A DNA stretch of 64,000 bases, taken from assembly GCA_963774075.1 (NCBI GenBank), contig CAVZDP010000005.1:260360-324359 (forward strand), given 5' to 3'. Shown one piece after another: positions 58,514-64,000 of this stretch. The translations under genes and the position numbers were made by a program. Position 1 is the first letter of the stretch; every line of letters begins with the position of its first letter. Origin of the DNA: an uncultured Solirubrobacterales bacterium (GTDB lineage: Bacteria; Actinomycetota; Thermoleophilia; Solirubrobacterales; JBBDJG01). A model generated the notes under the pieces. The model searched no databases. It worked only from the letters and a program-made list of their open reading frames with translations, and had not been told where the DNA came from.

Positions 58514-60094
58514 TCAAACCGTGATCGCCACCCCGCCGCGGCGAGGATCGCCCCCACCGGCCAGGGCTCCGCTCTCGGGGTCGCGATAGACGGACTGCGT
58601 TCCGCCGAAGAACAGGTTCACGCCCTTCCAGCGCACGAGCTCGTACCCACGTCGCTCGAGCTCGGCGAGCGCCTCGGCGTCGAAGCCGCTCTCGACGTGC
58701 AGAACGCCCGCCTCGTAGTGCATGCGCCCGAGCCGCACGGCCTCGTCGACGGGGAACCCGTAGTCCACGACGTACCTGATCACCTGCGTGATCGCTGAGC
58801 GCAGGCGGTTGGAGCCGGCACTTCCCAGCGCCAGCTCGATCTCGCCGCCCCGAAGGACGACCGTGGGGGCCATCATGCTCGTCACTCGCGTGCCGGGCGC
58901 GAGCCTGTGGTAGCCGAGCGGGTTCAGATCCTCCTCGCCGAGCATGTTGTTGAGGTGCATGCCGGTCCCGGGTGGCAGCACCCCCGAGCCGGTGCCGTTC
59001 GAGCAGGTGACGCTTGCCGCGTTGCCCTCGCCGTCGAGAACGGCCACGTGAGTCGTCGATCCGACGGCGTCGCCGCCGGCGGACGCGCGCTCGCTCCGGT
59101 GGCGCTCGATGCTGCCTGCGATCCGGCGCCGCGCCTCCTCGATGTGCGAACCGGAGAGGAAGCGCTCGGCGAACCCATCGTCGTGCAGGCGGTCGTGGAA
59201 GTCGCCACCCCGGGCTCGCTGTGCCTCTGCCATCACCTCGACAAGCAGCGCGAGGGCGTCCGGATCGTCCAGCGGAAGCGGCCCGCCGGAGTGCTCGAGC
59301 AGGTCGAGTGCGAAGGCGATGAGGATTCCGCCGGAGGACGGCGGCGGGTTCGTCAGCACCCGGCGGCCTCGGTAGGAGGCTTCGACCGGGCGGCGGTCGA
59401 CGACGCGGTAAGAGGCGAAGTCCTCCGGGTCGAGCGTCCCGCCACGCTGGCTCACCCAGTTGCAGATGCGCTCGCAGACCTCCCCAGAGTAGATCCAGCC
59501 GGGGCCTTCGTCGCCGAGCCGCTCGAGCGCGTCGGCGAGCTCCGGAAAGCGAAAGACGTCACCCTCCTCGAGCAGATGCCCCTCCGGCGCGTACAGCGCC
59601 CGGGTCTCCGGAAAGTGGGTGACGACGGGCTCGAGCACCTTGAACATGTACGCCTGCATCGCGGACACCGGCACCCCCTCGCGCGCGAAGCGCGCGGCCG
59701 GCTTCACGAGCTCCGGGAACGGCATCGAGCCGAAGCGGCGCGACGCCTCCCACAGCCCCGCCGGCACTCCCGGGACGCCGCACGAGGCGGGCCCGATGTT
59801 GAAGAGCTGTGGCGTCTCGTCGAAGATGACCTCGACGGCGACGAGGTCGCTGCGCGTGGAGGCATCGATGCCGCGCCCCCCCGCCTCGACGAAGAAGTCG
59901 AGCAGATGGTTCTCGCCGGAGGCGGTGTGGACGAGCAGAAAGCCCCCGGCGCCGAGCGCCGTGAGCTGGCTCTCGACGGCCAGCGAGGCGAGCACCGCGC
60001 AGATCGCCGCGTCGAACGCGTTCCCCCCTTCGCTCAGCACCTGCGCGCCGGCCTGCGCGGTGAGAGGATGGCCGGCCGCGATCACCCCGCTCAT
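58514..60094 (-). CDS. ggt: gamma-glutamyltransferase family protein
   Basis: MSGVIAAGHPLTAQAGAQVL..., autoprocessing/nucleophile region GSTTHVAVLDGEGNAASVTCSNG, ...GGDPRRGG. No obvious signal peptide. Confidence 0.85.
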   Translation of the reverse strand: MSGVIAAGHPLTAQAGAQVLSEGGNAFDAAICAVLASLAVESQLTALGAGGFLLVHTASGENHLLDFFVEAGGRGIDASTRSDLVAVEVIFDETPQLFNIGPASCGVPGVPAGLWEASRRFGSMPFPELVKPAARFAREGVPVSAMQAYMFKVLEPVVTHFPETRALYAPEGHLLEEGDVFRFPELADALERLGDEGPGWIYSGEVCERICNWVSQRGGTLDPEDFASYRVVDRRPVEASYRGRRVLTNPPPSSGGILIAFALDLLEHSGGPLPLDDPDALALLVEVMAEAQRARGGDFHDRLHDDGFAERFLSGSHIEEARRRIAGSIERHRSERASAGGDAVGSTTHVAVLDGEGNAASVTCSNGTGSGVLPPGTGMHLNNMLGEEDLNPLGYHRLAPGTRVTSMMAPTVVLRGGEIELALGSAGSNRLRSAITQVIRYVVDYGFPVDEAVRLGRMHYEAGVLHVESGFDAEALAELERRGYELVRWKGVNLFFGGTQSVYRDPESGALAGGGDPRRGGVAITV

Positions 60095-60191
60095 GGGCGG
60101 GATCCGATTCGCAGCTGCATGCGTCCCAGGACGCTCATACGGCGGAGCGTAGTGCTCCAGGGTGGCAGTTGGGACGGGTGTGCTGTCGGGA

Positions 60192-61571
60192 CTAGCGCCC
60201 GGGAACGAACTCCGGGACCTCTAGGTCGAACGAGAGCCCGGAGTCGCGTGTTCTCCTGACCCGCGGCTCGCCGGACGGCTCGCGGAACGCTCGGGAGCTC
60301 GACCGGCGCGTCGGCCGGTCGCCGTAGCCGGTGGCGACCACCGTTACCCAGCATTCCTCGTCGAGCTTGTCGTCGACCATCGCGCCGAAGATGATGTTGG
60401 CGCTCGGGTGAGCCGCCTCCGAGACGGCCCGGGCCGCCTCGTTGACCTCCCACAGGGAGAGGTCCGTGCCACCCGTGATCGACAGCAAGATCGAGCGAGC
60501 GCCCTCGACGGACGTCTCGAGCAGTGGAGACGCGACCGCCTGCTCCGCTGCCTCGATCGCTCGCCGCTCGCCAGTCCCCATGCCGATCCCGAGCAGAGCC
60601 TGCCCGGCGTCGGTCATGATCGTCCGCACGTCGGCGAAGTCGAGGTTGATGAGCCCCGGCAGCGTCACGAGGTCCGAGATTCCCTGCACGCCCTGGCGCA
60701 GGACGTCGTCGGCGACCTTGAACGCGTCGATCATCGACGTGCCCTTGTCGAGCACGGACAGCAGCCGGTTGTTCGGGATCACGATCAGCGTGTCGACGCA
60801 CTTGGACAGATCGGTCACACCCTCCTCGGCCGCGGACGCACGCCGGCTGCCCTCGAAGCCGAAAGGCTTCGTGCAGACGCCGACGGTGAGCGCTCCGATG
60901 GCCTGCGAGATAGCGGCCACAACGGGGGCCGCACCGGTGCCCGTCCCGCCTCCGGCTCCGGCGGTGACGAACACCATGTCGGATCCCTTCAGGAGGCTCT
61001 TGATGCGGTCGTCGTCCGCGAGCGCGGCCGCCCGACCGACCGTGGGGTCGGACCCGGATCCGAGGCCGTGGGTGATGTCGGCCCCGATGTGGAGCGTCAC
61101 GTGGGCCGCGCTCTCCTGGAGCGACTGCAGGTCGGTGTTGACGGCGATGAACTCGACGCCCTCGACCCCCGCTTCGATCATGCGGTCGACCGCGTTGACG
61201 CCGGCGCCGCCGACGCCCACGACACGAAGCACGGGCTTGCGCACGCCGCGAGACACGATCCGGGGCTCGTCGCGCGGCCGGGACCTCGACTCGCCGGGGC
61301 GCTCCAGCACATCCGTCGGGATGTCCTGCGAGAAGGCGGCGCTCAGGCGCTCCTTCGCGGTCGGGACCGGGCGCGGCTCGTCGTCGCGGCGCAGCGCACG
61401 CGGCTCATCGCGTGGGCGCCGCTCGTCACGGGTGCGCGACTCCTCGCGCTTCCCCTCCACCGGCTCCTCGCGTGGGCGCTCGGGCGGGCGCGAGCCATCG
61501 TCGGCTGTCGTCTTCCTGAAGAGCTCGGCGAGAGGGCCCTCGCGCATGCTCGCCCTCTTATCGCTACCCAT
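60192..61571 (-). CDS. ftsZ: cell division GTPase FtsZ with ~105-aa N-terminal extension
   Basis: VVGVGGAGVNAV, tubulin signature GGGTGTGAAPVVA, T7 loop NLDFADV, C-terminal peptide DLEVPEFV. ATG 61571 is preceded by AAGGAGG at 9 nt spacing and overlaps the upstream stop (AATGGGTAG). ATG 61547 is also possible. G/C third-position bias persists through the extension. Confidence 0.9.
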   Translation of the reverse strand: MGSDKRASMREGPLAELFRKTTADDGSRPPERPREEPVEGKREESRTRDERRPRDEPRALRRDDEPRPVPTAKERLSAAFSQDIPTDVLERPGESRSRPRDEPRIVSRGVRKPVLRVVGVGGAGVNAVDRMIEAGVEGVEFIAVNTDLQSLQESAAHVTLHIGADITHGLGSGSDPTVGRAAALADDDRIKSLLKGSDMVFVTAGAGGGTGTGAAPVVAAISQAIGALTVGVCTKPFGFEGSRRASAAEEGVTDLSKCVDTLIVIPNNRLLSVLDKGTSMIDAFKVADDVLRQGVQGISDLVTLPGLINLDFADVRTIMTDAGQALLGIGMGTGERRAIEAAEQAVASPLLETSVEGARSILLSITGGTDLSLWEVNEAARAVSEAAHPSANIIFGAMVDDKLDEECWVTVVATGYGDRPTRRSSSRAFREPSGEPRVRRTRDSGLSFDLEVPEFVPGR

Positions 61572-62673
61572 TCCCAAGGACCTCCTTAGCCAGATCGCGG
61601 TAGGCCTTCGCAGCCACTCCGTGCGGATCGTATTTCAGGACCGAGGTCCCCTTGACTGGAGCTTCCGCAAAACGGATCGTTTTCTTTATGCGCGTGGCGA
61701 ACACGCGCTCCCCGAAGTTCTCCTCGAGGATCTCTATCGCCTCCTTGGCGTGCACGGTGCGGCTGTCGACCAGGGTAGGGAGGATGCCCTCGATCTCGAC
61801 GCCCGGGTTCAGCTCCTCCCGGATCATCGACAGTGTGTTCTGGAGCTGGACCAGCCCCCGCATAGACAGATACTCGCACTGCACGGGCACGATAACTTTG
61901 TCGGCGGCCGTCAAGGCGTTGATCGTCAGCAGGCCGAGCGACGGAGGCGTGTCGATGCAGACGAAGTCGTAGTCCTCCAGCACCGGCCGCAGCGCCTTGT
62001 CCAGAGATCGCTCGCGCCCGATCTGCGTGCTCATCGCGATTTCCGCGCCGGCGAGGTCGATCGAGGCGCAGGCGACGTCGACCTCGCGCTTGCGGACCAC
62101 CTCGCGGATCGAGATGTGGTCCACGAGCACGTCGTACATCGACCTGTCGACCGAGTCCGGGTCGATGCCCTGGCTCATCGTCAGGTTGCCCTGAGGGTCC
62201 ATGTCGACGGCCAGAACCCGATGGCCGGCCTCGGCGAATGCGACCGCGAGGTTCAGGGTCGTCGTCGTCTTGGCGACACCACCCTTCTGGTTGGCGAACG
62301 CGATCACCTTGGCCTTGGCGACCTGGGGGGCGGGCGGCGTCGATTTGGCCTCTCCCGCGCGCAGAGGCCCGTCCGGTCGGCCGGGCTTCGTCATTCGCGA
62401 GCGGCCGAGCGACGCCGGCGGTGCCTCGGCCGGTGCCGCCGCCCTTGGCGGCTCGAACTCCCGCGCCTCGGCGAGCGGGTGGTCACGCACCTCGACCTGT
62501 GGCGTTGAGCTGGGGGTGGCGTTCACGGCATCGTCCTCTTGTTCGGAGGGGGCCGGCGTCGACTCCCGGGCGGGAGGCGTGGACTCCTCCTGGGCGGGAG
62601 GCGCCTTTGGCATCCGGCTGGGCGCCTGTCCCGACCTCTGGTCGGGAAGGCCGAATCGCTGGAGTAGACCCAT
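61564..62673 (-). CDS. ParA/Soj-family (MinD/ParA superfamily) ATPase with disordered N-terminal extension
   Basis: Deviant Walker A NQKGGVAKTTTTLNLA, DMDPQGNLT, FVCIDTPPSLG. About 115 aa of P/E/A/S-rich sequence precede it if ATG 62673 (MGLLQRFGL...) is used. The start is uncertain; internal ATG/GTG candidates exist. Confidence 0.8.
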   Translation of the reverse strand: MGLLQRFGLPDQRSGQAPSRMPKAPPAQEESTPPARESTPAPSEQEDDAVNATPSSTPQVEVRDHPLAEAREFEPPRAAAPAEAPPASLGRSRMTKPGRPDGPLRAGEAKSTPPAPQVAKAKVIAFANQKGGVAKTTTTLNLAVAFAEAGHRVLAVDMDPQGNLTMSQGIDPDSVDRSMYDVLVDHISIREVVRKREVDVACASIDLAGAEIAMSTQIGRERSLDKALRPVLEDYDFVCIDTPPSLGLLTINALTAADKVIVPVQCEYLSMRGLVQLQNTLSMIREELNPGVEIEGILPTLVDSRTVHAKEAIEILEENFGERVFATRIKKTIRFAEAPVKGTSVLKYDPHGVAAKAYRDLAKEVLGNG

Positions 62674-62791
62674 TGCGCGGTTATTCGCATCGGCGGGCGG
62701 TATTCCTTCCCGTGCGACGCGGCTTTCAGGTCCGTGCAGCGTTAAGCTCGGTGCGATTGCCTGACGGATCAGCTCTCGAAGGATTGACCGA

Positions 62792-63601
62792 GTGAGTTCC
62801 GGGCTGGAGAGCCCGGGAGGACGTCGCATCCTCCTGGCGGCGCTGATCGCGTTCGCGGCCGGAATGTACGCGCTGCTCTGGCTCGACGAGGGGACCTACA
62901 ACTCGCTCATCGACGAGGACCGCTGGATCGAGGGCCCCGGGACCCTCGGCCTGCTCGCGGCCTCGCTGTTCTTCTTTGGCGGATTTCTTCGCGCCCGCAG
63001 GCGCGAGCCCGGCCGGCGGCCGCCACGTCTGCTGCAGGCCTCGCTGCTCGCGCTCGCCATTCTCTTCTTCGTCGGCTTCGGCGAGGAGATCAGCTGGGGG
63101 CAGCGATTCCTCGGGATCGAGACGCCATCGAACATCAAGGAGGCGTCCTCGCAGGACGAGATCAACTTCCACAACCTCGAGTTCGGCGGCGACGTCGTCG
63201 ACGCCGACCGCCTGTTCCAGCTCTTCTGGTTCACGTTCGGCGTCCTCGTGCCGGTGGCAAGCGCCACATCGGTGCGAGTGCGGCGGGTGCTTCGCAGGAT
63301 TCTGCCGATCATGCCGCTGCTGGTGAGCGCCGCGCTCGTGGCCAACCAGCTTCTCGACTGGGTCGCGCACGAATACTTCGAGGACCGCTATCACAACGAC
63401 GGCTTCCCGTTCTCCCACAGCCTGTTCGAGACCAAGGAATCGGTCACCTCGGTGATCCTGGCCTTCGGCGCCTGGTACGTCTTCAACAGGCTCCAAGCGG
63501 GGTCGGCGGATGCGCTGCATCTGCCCGAGGACGACAGCTTCGGCCGCCGGATCGCGCGGGCGATCAGACGCGGCGGGCCGCGAGCCGAGCACCCCGGCTA
63601 G
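62792..63601 (+). CDS. hypothetical integral membrane protein
   Basis: About 6 hydrophobic segments and the motif FVGFGEEISWGQRFLG. No family recognised. GTG start. Confidence 0.5.
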   Translation: MSSGLESPGGRRILLAALIAFAAGMYALLWLDEGTYNSLIDEDRWIEGPGTLGLLAASLFFFGGFLRARRREPGRRPPRLLQASLLALAILFFVGFGEEISWGQRFLGIETPSNIKEASSQDEINFHNLEFGGDVVDADRLFQLFWFTFGVLVPVASATSVRVRRVLRRILPIMPLLVSAALVANQLLDWVAHEYFEDRYHNDGFPFSHSLFETKESVTSVILAFGAWYVFNRLQAGSADALHLPEDDSFGRRIARAIRRGGPRAEHPG

Positions 63602-63646
63602 CCCTTCGTCAGGGTAGGCGAGCCACTCGCGGGGGATACCCTGACC

Positions 63647-64000
63647 GTGCCCGTGGCCTCGATCCTCGACAAACGGCTCATCTTCGTGACCGGCAAGGGC
63701 GGGGTTGGCAAGTCCACCGTCGCGGCGGCGCTTGGGATCGCCGCCTCGAGACGCGGAAAACGGGCGATCGTCTGCGAGGTCGCCCAGCAGGAGCGCATGT
63801 CGCGAGTGTTCGAGCGCCAGGGGGTCGGATACCACGAGACGGAGATCGCGCCGAACCTGTCCGCGTTCTCGATCGACCCGCAGCGCGCGCTCGAGGAGTA
63901 CCTGCTGCTCCAAATCAAGATCAAGCCCCTCTACGACCTGATGTTCAAGAACCGCATCTTCACGTACTTCGCCGCGGCGACGCCGGGGATGCGCGAGCTC
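63647..64000 (+). CDS. ArsA/Get3-like anion-transporting ATPase family protein (partial, continues past window)
   Basis: Hand translation: VPVASILDKRLIFVTGKGGVGKSTVAAALG...AFSIDPQRALEEYL. It has a P-loop of the ArsA family. The frame is open to base 64000. Confidence 0.75.
   Translation, partial: MPVASILDKRLIFVTGKGGVGKSTVAAALGIAASRRGKRAIVCEVAQQERMSRVFERQGVGYHETEIAPNLSAFSIDPQRALEEYLLLQIKIKPLYDLMFKNRIFTYFAAATPGMREL

Overview
This is a 64-kb, very GC-rich chromosomal segment (by eye about 70% G+C, with strong G/C bias at third codon positions). It is gene-dense and looks like a high-GC Actinomycetota-type bacterium; the taxon cannot be proven without a database search. I support about 58 protein-coding genes. 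I see no rRNA, tRNA, CRISPR array, transposase or integrase.

Gene content, in order:
- 1-1.7 kb: head of the F0F1 ATP synthase operon (atpZ-like, atpI-like, atpB).
- 1.7-12.6 kb: a cell-envelope glycan cassette built around wecA. It holds an SDR, DUF354, a UDP-sugar dehydrogenase, two epimerase/dehydratases, a TIM-barrel::CapD fusion and a GT4.
- 12.6-21 kb: the conserved housekeeping block rpmE, DUF1385, prfA, prmC, tsaC, rpiB, glyA, interrupted by an MFS pump and a USP-like membrane protein.
- 21-49 kb: an acyl-CoA/electron-transfer neighbourhood. It contains etfBA plus ETF-QO, a split B12-dependent acyl-CoA mutase with MeaB, an acyl-CoA ligase, thiolase, ACAD and korAB. It is interspersed with fetAB, two tandem cupredoxins, a GT92-like protein, pepA and a K+/H+ antiporter.
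- 51-56 kb: a methyltransferase / GH57 / GT4 cassette plus a divergent methyltransferase.
- 56-64 kb: a secreted repeat protein, ggt, a ParA-like gene coupled to ftsZ, a membrane protein and a partial ArsA-like ATPase.

Observations most worth a second look:
1. The ParA-like ATPase is translationally coupled to an ftsZ that carries a long N-terminal disordered extension.
2. The methyltransferase-GH57-GT4 cassette has the same gene order as the mycobacterial methylglucose-lipopolysaccharide locus.
3. Two intergenic tandem repeats (80 bp x 2.35 copies and 41 bp x 2 copies) are not explained by the genes.
4. The mutase large subunit carries isobutyryl-CoA-mutase-type (Phe/Gln) substrate residues rather than methylmalonyl-type, and its three components are scattered over 21 kb.
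5. There is a xylose-isomerase-like TIM barrel fused to a CapD-type dehydratase.
6. There is a secreted protein of about 8 blades made of an unrecognised repeat.

Many long antisense ORFs in the track are GC-driven shadow frames and were rejected. All family calls come from motif recognition by eye; no searches were run.
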